NCBI GenBank assembly: GCA_965652295.1
Contig: CBFGTS010000008.1
Coordinates: 96,001-160,000 of the forward strand
Direction of reading: 5' to 3'
Origin: an uncultured Haloferula sp.
Lineage (GTDB): Bacteria; Verrucomicrobiota; Verrucomicrobiia; Verrucomicrobiales; Akkermansiaceae
Length of the DNA: 64,000 bases
Shown piece by piece: positions 29,917-39,428 of the stretch. The translations under genes were made by a program, and so were the position numbers. Position 1 is the first letter of the stretch. Each line of letters begins with the position of its first letter. Under the pieces are notes generated by a model. It ran no database searches, was not told the origin of the DNA, and was given only the letters and a program-made list of their open reading frames with translations.

Positions 29917-30557
29917 GCGGGGCGGCGCTGGTAGTCCCACAGCAGGCGGGGATCGAAACTCATGGCGGACAGCATGGTCAGGATGACGACGGTCGCAAAG
30001 GAAATGGCAGCCGGGCCGGGTTCAATGGTCATCAGGTTCCCGAGGCGGACGAGGCAGACGAGGATCGCCACGACGAAAACATCAACCATCGACCAGCGGC
30101 CGACGAGCTCGGTGATGTGGTAGGCCATGGCGTGGGAATGGGTGGAGCCGTTGGCACGGCCGATGGCGGCGAGGCAGAGCCAGCCGAGGGCGACGATCTT
30201 GAGGATGGGGATCAGCACCGAGGCGGTGAAAATGATGATCGCCACCGGATAGGAGCCGGAGTTCCAAAAGGTGACCACTCCGGCGAGGATCGTGGAACCG
30301 CCGGTGGAGCCGCCGCTGGCGGAGGTGCCGACGCCGTAGACATTCATTACGGGCAGGGTCATGGCCGGCACGTAGAAGGCGATGGCAGCGAGCAGCAGGG
30401 CCAGCGTGCGGGCAAGGCTGTGCGGCTTGCGCAGGTGAAGACGGCGGCCGCAGCGGGGGCAGTGGCCGAGGTCGAGCGGGCTGAGCTTTCCGCAGCATGA
30501 GCAGGAAGCCAGGCCGTGGTCGGCGGCGAAATCACCGGGTGGGGCATCCTCGATCAT
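29913..30557 (-). CDS. pqiA: Paraquat-inducible protein A (second half)
   Basis: CxxC...CPRC, GRWSMVDVFVV, FDPRLLWD. Confidence 0.9.
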   Translation of the reverse strand: MIEDAPPGDFAADHGLASCSCCGKLSPLDLGHCPRCGRRLHLRKPHSLARTLALLLAAIAFYVPAMTLPVMNVYGVGTSASGGSTGGSTILAGVVTFWNSGSYPVAIIIFTASVLIPILKIVALGWLCLAAIGRANGSTHSHAMAYHITELVGRWSMVDVFVVAILVCLVRLGNLMTIEPGPAAISFATVVILTMLSAMSFDPRLLWDYQRRPA

Positions 30558-31228
30558 GGTGGGTTGTGGTTGTGCGGTGGCAGGGGGCGGGCGATCTCGA
30601 TGCGGTCCCACAGCTCGCGGCGGTCGATGCCGGCCATGGCCCCCGCCAGGCAGATGACGACCGCCACCAGCGCCCATAGGCCGACTTCGAAATGAATCTC
30701 GGCGAGGTGACCCAGCTTCAACAGTGAAACGATGAAGCCCAGCAGGAAGACCTCAAGCATGGACCACGGTTCGGAGAGCTGGATCCAGCGGGCGAGGGTG
30801 ACAGTGCCGGGGAGGGTGCGGCCCCGCATCAGGGGCAGGCAGATATAGATGAGGCCAAGCGCGAGCAAGGTGGGGGAGACAATGGTGAAGATCACCGTGA
30901 GGATGGCGAGCAGGGTGGCTCCGTCGGCATGCAGGGCTTCGGCGGATTCCCAAAGGCCGAGCCGCGTGCGGCTGCCGGCCGCCTCCATGGTGAGGAAGGG
31001 GAAGGCGTGGGCGAGGATCATGAAGACCACGGCTCCGAGGGAGAAGCTGACGCAGCGGGAAAGCGAGCGCGGACGGTTCTGATAGAGCACTTCGCCGCAG
31101 TGGCCGCAGAAGGCGATCTCTCCCTCGTTCAGCCGTGGAGCGGGCTGGATGGCATCGCAGAAATGGCAGGCGACCCGCTCGTGGCGGTCGAGCCGGGGCC
31201 ATGGCAGTCCTGGATGGTGGCGGAGCAT
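30554..31228 (-). CDS. pqiA: Paraquat-inducible protein A (first half)
   Basis: CHFC...CGHC, PWSMLEVFLLG..VSLLKL. Confidence 0.9.
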   Translation of the reverse strand: MLRHHPGLPWPRLDRHERVACHFCDAIQPAPRLNEGEIAFCGHCGEVLYQNRPRSLSRCVSFSLGAVVFMILAHAFPFLTMEAAGSRTRLGLWESAEALHADGATLLAILTVIFTIVSPTLLALGLIYICLPLMRGRTLPGTVTLARWIQLSEPWSMLEVFLLGFIVSLLKLGHLAEIHFEVGLWALVAVVICLAGAMAGIDRRELWDRIEIARPLPPHNHNPP

Positions 31229-31231
31229 GGA

Positions 31232-32941
31232 TCAATCGTCGGAGTCGAGGGTTTCCCCTCCGTCTGCGATGGCAGCCTGGTGCAGCGTGATCTGGGTGAA
31301 GGGGATGATCCAGCCCTGCTCGTTGCAGGTGTCGACACAGGCACGCTGGATCGCACGGTGCAACACATTGCGGCTGCGCGCCACTTCGCCGGTGAAATCC
31401 GCCAGTACCGCGTAGTCGAGCGAGGATGCCCCGGCGTTGCTGAACTCCACCTTCACGCTCTTCACGTTTTCCCGCTCCACGGCGGCGACCAGGGCGCGGT
31501 GGATGGACTCGGTGAGAATCTCGGGAACCTCGGTGGTGCAGATGGCCTGGTGGGCGTAGTCGATACCGAAGGTGGCCGAGACGCGGAAACCCTTCGAGAG
31601 ATTCTCCGGGGAAAGCGTGAGGAAATCTCCGACCGGATACTGCCTGCGGCTGCCGCCGAGCTGGAGAATGACGACCGCCTCCGGGGTTTGGGTGAGGACT
31701 TTGCCGAAGGTGCCGTCGGAGAGCACGATCCAATCGTCCTCGTCGCAGGGGAACCACGGTTCCTTTTTTCCCGGCGTGCGGGAGCGCAGGCCGATGACTT
31801 CGCGGATCGGCAGCCGCAGCCGGGCGTCACCGAGCTTTGGATTACTAAATCCACAGTAGAAACCGAGGCTGTCGACGCGCCATGGGACACCATCGATGAC
31901 GATTCGCTCCCCCTCGCGCACCGGCCCGAGGTTGAGGATGGTGCGGATCTGATCGGCGTAGGGGACGAGCGAGTTCCGCGAGGCGATGACCACCGCGATG
32001 AGAATGATGGTGGCGATGGAAAGCAGCAGCCAATCGCCCCGGAAATAGAGCACGAGCAGTGCGGCGAAGGTGGCCAACAGGCCGATGAGCAGACCGGCGA
32101 GGAGATCGAAAAGCCGCGCGTAAACCGATGTTCCTTCCTTTTTGTGAAGCGGGTTGTGCTGCCTCAGCCAGTCCTGGAAACGGCGGCCGACGAGGAAGAT
32201 GGTGAGAAACGCGAGGATGGCGAGCAGGAGGTTCACACCCTTGCCACGCCAGAAGCCGGAGACGCCCTCGGAGAAGGATTCGACGAAGCTCTTTTCGCGG
32301 CTCTCCCGTTCGGCGAGCTGGGCCGTCAGCGCCTCAAGTTCGCCGCTGGCCTCGGTTTTCCGGCCTTCCCACAGGCGGCGCACGCCTTCAATTTGAGCCG
32401 CCACCTGCGGATCGATCTCCGCGCTGGGCGGGTAAGCGGAGAGCCGCGTGAGAGCTTGCTCGGCGATGGCGAGGCGATCCTTCCAGGTATCGATGTCGTC
32501 GCGCAGTTTGGAGAGCTCCCGCGGGCCGGAGGTGGCGCTGCGGAGCTGGTCGAGCACCGGGCTGAGGACGTCCTGGACTTCCTCGTTGAGGGTGCGGGGC
32601 GCGGCGGGTTCACGGACCCAGGCATCTTCCGGGATGCCGGAGGCGATCGAACGGATGTTGCTTTCGATGTTCTGGATGCGCGCGCGGCGTTCGCTGATTT
32701 CGCGGCGGATTTCGGCTTTTTCCTCCTCGGAGCCGGCCTTGTTGCGCAGCTCATCGCGCAGGGCGTTGAGCTTCTGCTGCTCCTGCTCGATGACCGGAAG
32801 CTGGGCCTCGATGGCGGACAGGCTGCGCTGGACGGTGCTCGGTTTTCCCGCATCCGCCACCGGCTCCTGCGCGCCCAGCGTGCCGAGAAAAACGACGGCC
32901 GGGGCGAGGAGGCGGATCAGAATCGGAGAAGGGCGATGCAT
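31232..32941 (-). CDS. Coiled-coil membrane protein with MscS-like C-terminus
   Basis: Signal peptide, long coiled coil, about 3 TM, GPVREGERI, WIIPFTQITLH. Confidence 0.75.
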   Translation of the reverse strand: MHRPSPILIRLLAPAVVFLGTLGAQEPVADAGKPSTVQRSLSAIEAQLPVIEQEQQKLNALRDELRNKAGSEEEKAEIRREISERRARIQNIESNIRSIASGIPEDAWVREPAAPRTLNEEVQDVLSPVLDQLRSATSGPRELSKLRDDIDTWKDRLAIAEQALTRLSAYPPSAEIDPQVAAQIEGVRRLWEGRKTEASGELEALTAQLAERESREKSFVESFSEGVSGFWRGKGVNLLLAILAFLTIFLVGRRFQDWLRQHNPLHKKEGTSVYARLFDLLAGLLIGLLATFAALLVLYFRGDWLLLSIATIILIAVVIASRNSLVPYADQIRTILNLGPVREGERIVIDGVPWRVDSLGFYCGFSNPKLGDARLRLPIREVIGLRSRTPGKKEPWFPCDEDDWIVLSDGTFGKVLTQTPEAVVILQLGGSRRQYPVGDFLTLSPENLSKGFRVSATFGIDYAHQAICTTEVPEILTESIHRALVAAVERENVKSVKVEFSNAGASSLDYAVLADFTGEVARSRNVLHRAIQRACVDTCNEQGWIIPFTQITLHQAAIADGGETLDSDD

Positions 32942-32964
32942 CGGGGGAAGTGGAGGCGTGGAAC

Positions 32965-33774
32965 TCAGAGCGGGCGGGCGTAGGTGTCGCAGCGGTTGAA
33001 CCAGCCCGCGCGCCAGCGGCCTTCACCACGCTCGGCGGGCGCGTTGTCGATCCGCCGACCGAGGACCCGTTTTGCGGAGGCGGCGAATTCAGCGGCGGCG
33101 GGTTGCCCGGCCGGCACGTCGCGCATGCCGGCGAGGACCTGGAGCAGCCCCCAGCCGCGGCCCTGGTAGCGCTCGGCCGGGTTGGTGCCCTCGCCCTTGA
33201 AGTTGACGTAATCGATCAGCGCATACTGCCCGTGGGCGGTGGCGGCGACCTTGTGGTAGTTCGCCTCGATCCGGGCGCGGTCTCCGGCCGGGGCCGCGGC
33301 GAGGATCTTCGGTAGCGCGGCGCGGGAGCGGGCGATGATGAAATCGGTCTGGAGGGTCACCTGGACGGCGAGCCACTGGCGGAGTTGGGACATTTCCGCA
33401 CCACGGAACGAGGCTTGGAAGGCTGCCTTGCTGGGCCACGGGGCGGCAGGACGGAGGCCGATCGGAGGAACCTCCGCGCCGCGCTGGCGGGCGTAGGCGG
33501 TGAACTTCGGCCAGCTTTCCTCGAAACGCCCCGAAACCCCGGCGGGGTACCAGATGAAATGGCCGATGCCGAGCGACGGGAAGTTTTCCCCCGCATTCCA
33601 CGTGGTCAGGCCATCGACGGTGCCCCCGCATTCGTTCTGCCAGATTTGCCGTCCGATCGCGGACTTCTGACCGGCGGAGAGACCGGAGGGGTTTCCCGCA
33701 GCGGGGGTGGTGGATACCGGGCCGCAAGCGGCGACGAGGAGCAGAACGAAGGCTGCGGCACGGGATGGTTGCAT
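32965..33774 (-). CDS. Hypothetical lipoprotein
   Basis: Lipobox VAAC; IWQNE...SLGIGHFIWYP, ALIDYVNFKGEG, WGLLQVL. Confidence 0.8.
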   Translation of the reverse strand: MQPSRAAAFVLLLVAACGPVSTTPAAGNPSGLSAGQKSAIGRQIWQNECGGTVDGLTTWNAGENFPSLGIGHFIWYPAGVSGRFEESWPKFTAYARQRGAEVPPIGLRPAAPWPSKAAFQASFRGAEMSQLRQWLAVQVTLQTDFIIARSRAALPKILAAAPAGDRARIEANYHKVAATAHGQYALIDYVNFKGEGTNPAERYQGRGWGLLQVLAGMRDVPAGQPAAAEFAASAKRVLGRRIDNAPAERGEGRWRAGWFNRCDTYARPL

Positions 33775-33817
33775 GCCGGAGGCTAAAACCTGAAGGTGCG
33801 GCCCCGCAAGGAGAGTC

Positions 33818-34219
33818 ATGATGAACCGGATCCCCTGGCACGAGGTGCTCAAGTTCGAGGCGAAGGACATCGTCAAGGTCCTGCTCACCGCCGTGGTGAT
33901 CGTGGTGGTGACCAAGGTGCAGGTGTTCAGCGAGCGGCTCTCCGCCCTGTTGATCGCCCTCCCGCTGGCTTCGTTGATCGCGATGATCTGGATGCACGCG
34001 GAAAAACAGCCGCCCGGGCGGATCGCGGGGCATGCCGAGTCCACCTTCTGGTTCGCACTGCCGACCCTGCCGATGTTTTTGATTCTGCCGTGGATGTTGC
34101 GCCACGGCTGGGGTTTCTGGCCGGCGCTGGGGATCAACTGCCTCCTGACCGCCGGGTGTTTCTGGCTGATGGTGGTGGGGTTGCGGCAGGTCGGAGTGGA
34201 CCTGATGGCACGGAAATAG
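33818..34219 (+). CDS. DUF3147-family membrane protein
   Basis: ALLIALPLASLIAMIW, STFWFALPTLPMF. Confidence 0.8.
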   Translation: MMNRIPWHEVLKFEAKDIVKVLLTAVVIVVVTKVQVFSERLSALLIALPLASLIAMIWMHAEKQPPGRIAGHAESTFWFALPTLPMFLILPWMLRHGWGFWPALGINCLLTAGCFWLMVVGLRQVGVDLMARK

Positions 34220-34396
34220 TTTCCGCCCCGGGCAGGGGAAAATATCCCTCGATGTCCAGTTTCCCCTTGTCAAGGGGACGGAAAGCCGATTCTGTCCGCC
34301 TCCCGGCCGAGGAGGGCCGGCCGGCATGGCATGTCTGAAGAAAACATCATCCCCTTCGAGCAGCCAAAGCCCCATTCCCGGTTTGCAGGCACACCC

Positions 34397-34603
34397 ATGA
34401 AAAGCGATCTTGTCGAGAAGGCGTCCGAAGTCGTGAACGATCCCTTGGTTCTCATCAATATGGTGTCCAAGCGCGTTCGCCAATTGAACAGCGGCCGCTC
34501 GCCGCTGATCCCGACCGTTCCGAGCATGGGTGCCGCCGACATCGCGCTTACGGAAATCATCGAGGGCAAGATCCGCCTGTCCGGCGAAGCAATCAACGGC
34601 TGA
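34397..34603 (+). CDS. rpoZ: RNA polymerase omega subunit
   Basis: LINMVSKRVRQL, IALTEIIEGKI. Confidence 0.85.
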   Translation: MKSDLVEKASEVVNDPLVLINMVSKRVRQLNSGRSPLIPTVPSMGAADIALTEIIEGKIRLSGEAING

Positions 34604-34646
34604 GACGGCCCTTGCCGTTCTCCCGTCCCGGGCCATCCTTTCGCCC

Positions 34647-35105
34647 ATGAGCGCGGAAATCGCCAGCAATCGCAAGGCGCGCCGCGACTTCCACATCTCG
34701 GAAACCTACGAGGCCGGCGTCGAGCTGAAGGGGACCGAGGTGAAGTCGATCCGCGAAGGCAAGGTGAACATCGCCGACGCCTTCGCCCGCGTCGAACGCG
34801 GCCAGATGTTCCTTTTCGGCTGCCACATCCAGCCGTGGGAAACCGCCGGCAAGTGGTTCCAGCACGATTCCCGCCGGCCGCGCCGCCTGCTGCTCCACAA
34901 GCAGGAGATCCGCAAGCTCGAGCACGCGCTCGAGGTCAAGGGCTCGACGTTGCCCTGCCTGAAGATGTACTGGAAAAACGGCCGGGTGAAGGTCGAGCTG
35001 GGCGTCGGCAAGGGCAAGACCCACTCCGACCAGCGCCACGACCTGAAAAAGCAGGTGGAACTCCGCGAAGCGCAACGCGAGGTCGCGCGCTTCAACCGGC
35101 AGTAG
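34647..35105 (+). CDS. smpB: SsrA-binding protein
   Basis: NRKARRDF, EAGVELKGTEVKSIR, LLLHKQEI, GKGK. Confidence 0.96.
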   Translation: MSAEIASNRKARRDFHISETYEAGVELKGTEVKSIREGKVNIADAFARVERGQMFLFGCHIQPWETAGKWFQHDSRRPRRLLLHKQEIRKLEHALEVKGSTLPCLKMYWKNGRVKVELGVGKGKTHSDQRHDLKKQVELREAQREVARFNRQ

Positions 35106-35145
35106 GTGCGGCTTGACCCCGACAGCTGAAGTCTGAGACTCCGCC

Positions 35146-36345
35146 ATGCGCCGGCTCCGGACCGATCTGCCCTACTCGTTTCGTCCGCCGCAATTCCGCG
35201 GGTGGTTCCGTCCGCTCGGCCTCTGGGCGAACCGGGAAATCTACCTGCGGCGGAAATACCGGCTCGCCGGGATTTCAGACGCCGGGCTCGATCGGGTGAA
35301 ATCCTTGGTCGGAAAGGGTGACGCGGTGCTTCTCGCGCCCAACCACGCCGATCACTCCGATCCGCACCTGATGATCGAAATGGGCAGCCGCCACGAACTG
35401 CCGCTGCATTTCATGGCCGCGCGGGAGGTGTTCGAATCCTCGCCCGCCGCCGCTTGGGCGCTGCAGGCGATGGGCGTGTTTTCGGTCGATCGCGATGGTC
35501 CGGATCTCTCCGCGATCAAAACCGCCATCGGTCTGCTGGATTCCGGCACGCCCCTGGTCATTTACCCGGAAGGCGAGATCTACCACCACCACGAGCGGCT
35601 TGATCCGCTGATGGAGGGCGTGGCCTCGATCCTCCTCAAGGCCGCCGGACGCATGAAGGACGGGAGGCGCGCCTGGCTGGTGCCGGTGGGAATTCATTTC
35701 AAACACCGGCCGGAGATCGAGGCTACTTTCGGGGAGCGGCTTTCGCGACTGGAGGATCGGATCGGCTGGACACCACGGCCCGCGATGGCGATCGACGACC
35801 GCATCATTCGGCTAGGCACCGGCGTGCTGGCGTTGAAGGAAACCGAATTCCTCGGAGAGGCGGGGCAGGGAGGTATCCAGTCGCGCCTCGAACAGCTCTG
35901 CGAACGCCTGCTTTCCGCCGCCGAGGAAAAGCACGGCCGCGACCCGCGCGCTGGCACCGCCCCGGAGCGGGTCCGTTCGCTGCGCTACCGCATCCGCCGG
36001 CGCTTGCTCGATTCCGAAAACCCGGCGTCGCCCGCGGAGCGAGTGGCTTTGCTGGATGACCTCGACGCCGTGTTCACGGCGTTGCAATCGCACAGCTACA
36101 TCGGCGACTACCTGCTCTCCCATCCCAGCCTCGACCGCCGTGCGGAGACGATCATGAAGCTGGAGGAGGATCTCTTCGGGTTTCCCGAATACCCGTGCCT
36201 GCGGGACGCCTCGGTCACCGCTGCCGAGCCCATCGCGGTCAGCGACCTGCTGGCCAGCGGCGCGCTGCCGCCCCGGGGAGGAGCCGCCGCCCTGACGGCT
36301 CTGCTGGAAGAGCGCCTGACCGCCCTGCTGCCCGTGCCGGAGTGA
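35146..36345 (+). CDS. Phospholipid/glycerol acyltransferase
   Basis: NHADHSD (HX4D), FSVDR, YPEG. Confidence 0.85.
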   Translation: MRRLRTDLPYSFRPPQFRGWFRPLGLWANREIYLRRKYRLAGISDAGLDRVKSLVGKGDAVLLAPNHADHSDPHLMIEMGSRHELPLHFMAAREVFESSPAAAWALQAMGVFSVDRDGPDLSAIKTAIGLLDSGTPLVIYPEGEIYHHHERLDPLMEGVASILLKAAGRMKDGRRAWLVPVGIHFKHRPEIEATFGERLSRLEDRIGWTPRPAMAIDDRIIRLGTGVLALKETEFLGEAGQGGIQSRLEQLCERLLSAAEEKHGRDPRAGTAPERVRSLRYRIRRRLLDSENPASPAERVALLDDLDAVFTALQSHSYIGDYLLSHPSLDRRAETIMKLEEDLFGFPEYPCLRDASVTAAEPIAVSDLLASGALPPRGGAAALTALLEERLTALLPVPE

Positions 36346-36463
36346 TTCAGCTTGTCCGATTTCAAGCCATTCTATCCTTGCAATCCGGGCGTTTTCCGCT
36401 TTCCTCCGCCGTCCCGACCAAGGGCGGACCGGCCAAGGTGGCTGGACTGAACCAAACAAGCAA

Positions 36464-36721
36464 ATGAGCGAAAGCACCATCAATCCCGCGGACTACAAGG
36501 TCCATGACACCGACACCGGCAGCGCCGACTTCCAAGTCGCCAACCTGACCGTCCGCATCAAGCACCTCACCGAGCATCTCGGCACCCACAAGAAGGACGC
36601 ATCGTCCCGCCGTGGCCTGCTCAAGCTCGTCGCCCAGCGCCGCAAGCTGCTCGACTACATCAAGGCGCATGACGAGGATCGCTACCAAAAATTGATCAAG
36701 GGACTCGGCCTCCGCCGCTAA
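36464..36721 (+). CDS. rpsO: 30S ribosomal protein S15
   Basis: [26 protein letters not shown]. Confidence 0.97.
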   Translation: MSESTINPADYKVHDTDTGSADFQVANLTVRIKHLTEHLGTHKKDASSRRGLLKLVAQRRKLLDYIKAHDEDRYQKLIKGLGLRR

Positions 36722-36734
36722 ACCCGACCTTCTC

Positions 36735-36770
36735 TGAAACGGCCACGGATTTCCCGTGGCCGTTTCATTT
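36735..36770 (+). terminator. Hairpin/terminator between rpsO and pnp
   Basis: TGAAACGGCCACGG / CCGTGGCCGTTTCA 14-bp stem. Confidence 0.65.
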
Positions 36771-36900
36771 AGCGCCGGGCGGCATGATTGGCCATCCGGC
36801 GCGGGGCATTTCCGCCAACCAAATTGAAAAACCGGGAACGCCTCGAATCCATGCCCCCGTCCGAGTGGACGGGATACTGAAGTCAGTTAGAACACATAGA

Positions 36901-39039
36901 ATGAATATCCATCAAGTTACGAGCCAGGTCGGCTCGAATCCCATCACATTTGAAACGGGCAAGCTTGCCAAGCTGGCCGACGGCGCCGTCGTCGTCACCT
37001 GCGGCGAGACCGTGGTCCTGGTGACCGCCGTTTCCCAAACCAAAGTGCGTGCCGGCCAGACCTGGTTCCCGCTTTCCGTCGAGTACAAGGAAAAAGCCTC
37101 CGCTGCCGGCCAGTTCCCCGGTGGTTACTTCAAGCGCGAAGGCCGTCCTACCGAAAAGGAAATCCTGACCTGCCGGATGACCGACCGTCCGCTGCGGCCA
37201 CTGTTCCCGAAGGGCTACCTCTACGACACCCAGATCATCGCGCTGCTGCTGGCGGCCGACCAGATCAACGACTCCGACATTCTGTCGATGAACGGCGCTT
37301 CCGCCGCTCTCGCGATCTCCGACATCCCCTTCGCCGGTCCGATCGGCGCGGTGCGGGTCGGCCGCGTGGATGGCGAGTTCGTCATCAACCCGACCTTCGA
37401 CGAGCGCGATGAAAGTGACCTCGACCTGGTGTACGTCGGCAACAAGACCGACGTCATCATGATCGAAGGTGCTGCCGATCAGCTCCCGGAAGATGATTTC
37501 ATCAAGGCCCTGCACTTCGCCCAAGAGGCGGTGCAGAAGTTGGTCGAGGCCCAGGAAGAGCTGGTCCGCCTGGCCGGCAAGCCGAAGCGCGAATACACCG
37601 TGACCGTCGCCAAGGACGAACTCCTGGAAGTCGGCTACGAGATCGCCGGCGACCGCATCGAAGACGCGATCTACGCGCCGTCGAAAGTCGAGCGCGGCAA
37701 GAAGGTCGGTGCCCTCCGCGATGAAGTGGAAAAGGCGATCATGGAAAAGTATCCGGAAACCACCGAGTTCGAGATCGAGCAGGTGTTCGAATACATCCAG
37801 AAGAAGGCGTTCCGGGTGGCGATCATGGAGAAGGGCATCCGCGCCGACGGCCGCCAGATCGGCGAGCTCCGCCCGCTGTTCGCCGAAGCCAACTCGCTGC
37901 CGCGGGTTCATGGCTCCGCGATTTTCGCCCGTGGGGAAACCCAGGCGCTCGGCATCTGCACGCTGGCACCTGCCGACGAGAAGCAGTTCTACGACAACTA
38001 CGCCGGTGGCGAGGACAGCAAGCGTTTCATCCTCCACTACAACTTCCCTCCGTTCTCGGTGGGTGAAACCGGCCGCATGGGTGGCATCAACCGCCGCGAG
38101 ATCGGCCACGGTGCGCTCGCCGAGCGTTCGATCGCTCCGGTCATCCCGGACGTGGAGGATTTCCCTTACGCAATGCGCGTTTCGTCGGAAGTCATGGAGT
38201 CCAACGGATCGACCTCGATGGCGACGGTCTGCGCCGGCACCATGTCCCTGCTCTGCGCCGGTGTGCCGCTCAAGGCTCCGGTCGGCGGGATCTCCGTCGG
38301 CCTGGTCACCGAGTGGAATGAGGACGGCACGATGAAGGCGCACAAGGCGCTGCTCGACATCATTGGCTCCGAAGACTTCTACGGTGACATGGACTTCAAG
38401 CTCTGCGGCACCGAGGCCGGAGTGACTGGCTTCCAGCTCGACCTGAAGCTCCAGGGGCTGCCGCTCTCGATCCTTGAAGAAGGCATCCGCATGGCCAAGG
38501 ACGCCCGCGGCACGATCATCGCCAAGATGAACGAAGCCGTGGCCGGCCCACAGGACCTCAGTCCGCACGCCCCGCGCATCGTTTCCGTCAAGATCCCGGC
38601 CGACCGCATCGGCGAACTCATCGGGCCTGGCGGCAAGAACATCAAAGGCATCCAGGCCGAGTCCGGCGCCGACATCAACATTGAGGATGACGGCACCGTG
38701 CACATCTACGCCTCGAAGGAGGAAGGCCTCCAGCGCGCCAAGGAACTCATCGACCGCATCTTCGCGGAAATCGAAGTGGGTGCGGTTTACACCGGTCCGG
38801 TCGTTTCGGTGACCAACTTCGGTGCGTTCATGGAAGTGCTGCCCGGCAAGGACGGTCTGATCCACGTTTCCGAACTCCAGGAAGGCCGCACCGAGCAGGT
38901 CGAGGACGTCGTCAAGAAGGGCGACATCGTCACCGCCAAGTGCATCGGCGTGGACGAAAAAGGCCGCGTGAAGATGAGCCGCCGCGCCTATCTCCGCGAC
39001 CAAAAGGCCGAGCAAGCCGAACAGCCTGCCGAAGCCTGA
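36901..39039 (+). CDS. pnp: Polyribonucleotide nucleotidyltransferase
   Basis: GGYFKREGRP, RREIGHGALAER, ESNGSTSMA, GDMDFK, KH and S1 domains. Confidence 0.97.
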   Translation: MNIHQVTSQVGSNPITFETGKLAKLADGAVVVTCGETVVLVTAVSQTKVRAGQTWFPLSVEYKEKASAAGQFPGGYFKREGRPTEKEILTCRMTDRPLRPLFPKGYLYDTQIIALLLAADQINDSDILSMNGASAALAISDIPFAGPIGAVRVGRVDGEFVINPTFDERDESDLDLVYVGNKTDVIMIEGAADQLPEDDFIKALHFAQEAVQKLVEAQEELVRLAGKPKREYTVTVAKDELLEVGYEIAGDRIEDAIYAPSKVERGKKVGALRDEVEKAIMEKYPETTEFEIEQVFEYIQKKAFRVAIMEKGIRADGRQIGELRPLFAEANSLPRVHGSAIFARGETQALGICTLAPADEKQFYDNYAGGEDSKRFILHYNFPPFSVGETGRMGGINRREIGHGALAERSIAPVIPDVEDFPYAMRVSSEVMESNGSTSMATVCAGTMSLLCAGVPLKAPVGGISVGLVTEWNEDGTMKAHKALLDIIGSEDFYGDMDFKLCGTEAGVTGFQLDLKLQGLPLSILEEGIRMAKDARGTIIAKMNEAVAGPQDLSPHAPRIVSVKIPADRIGELIGPGGKNIKGIQAESGADINIEDDGTVHIYASKEEGLQRAKELIDRIFAEIEVGAVYTGPVVSVTNFGAFMEVLPGKDGLIHVSELQEGRTEQVEDVVKKGDIVTAKCIGVDEKGRVKMSRRAYLRDQKAEQAEQPAEA

Positions 39040-39065
39040 TCGGCCTCCGCCGAGAAACATCTCCA

Positions 39066-39099
39066 AGCCGCCATCCCGCGAGGGATGGCGGTTTTTTTT
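39066..39099 (+). terminator. Intrinsic terminator of pnp
   Basis: CCGCCATCCC-GCGA-GGGATGGCGG followed by T8. Confidence 0.85.
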
Positions 39100-39122
39100 G
39101 GAGAGGCAGAAACTGGGGCTCT

Positions 39123-39404
39123 CTCAAGAGGATCGCCTGCGAAGCGTTCCTTCCGGGATGCAGTCGTATTTACCTGAGCGGATCGTCTGACCAGACCGTG
39201 AAGGTCTGGGACGCGGAGAACTTCGAGCTGGCGGAGGAACTCAAGGTGCTTTCGCAACGGAATTGGGCGGCAACAAGGCCCGGCAAACTGGAGCCGACAG
39301 CGATGTCCGACGGGGCGGGCGAATTCCTGATGTGGATCGGCCGAGACCCCGTGAGCAAGCGATTGAAGGCGTATCCTTACGAAGCGCTCGCGAGTCGCGA
39401 TTAA
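39123..39404 (+). pseudogene. C-terminal remnant of a WD40-repeat gene
   Basis: YLSGSSDQTVKVWD WD40 motif with no credible start upstream. Confidence 0.55.
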
Positions 39405-39424
39405 AGCGGACGGGATCGTCCGCT
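39403..39424 (-). terminator. Hairpin downstream of lysS
   Basis: AGCGGACG-ATCC-CGTCCGCT-TT on the minus strand. Confidence 0.55.
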
Positions 39425-39428
39425 CTCC

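Noticed and set aside
29913..31228. Split pqiA as a pseudogene
   Set aside because: Both halves have their own Cys motifs, starts and ATGA coupling; two-gene pqiA is common
36380..36463. S15 autoregulatory leader upstream of rpsO
   Set aside because: Plausible by position, but no structure could be confidently matched by eye
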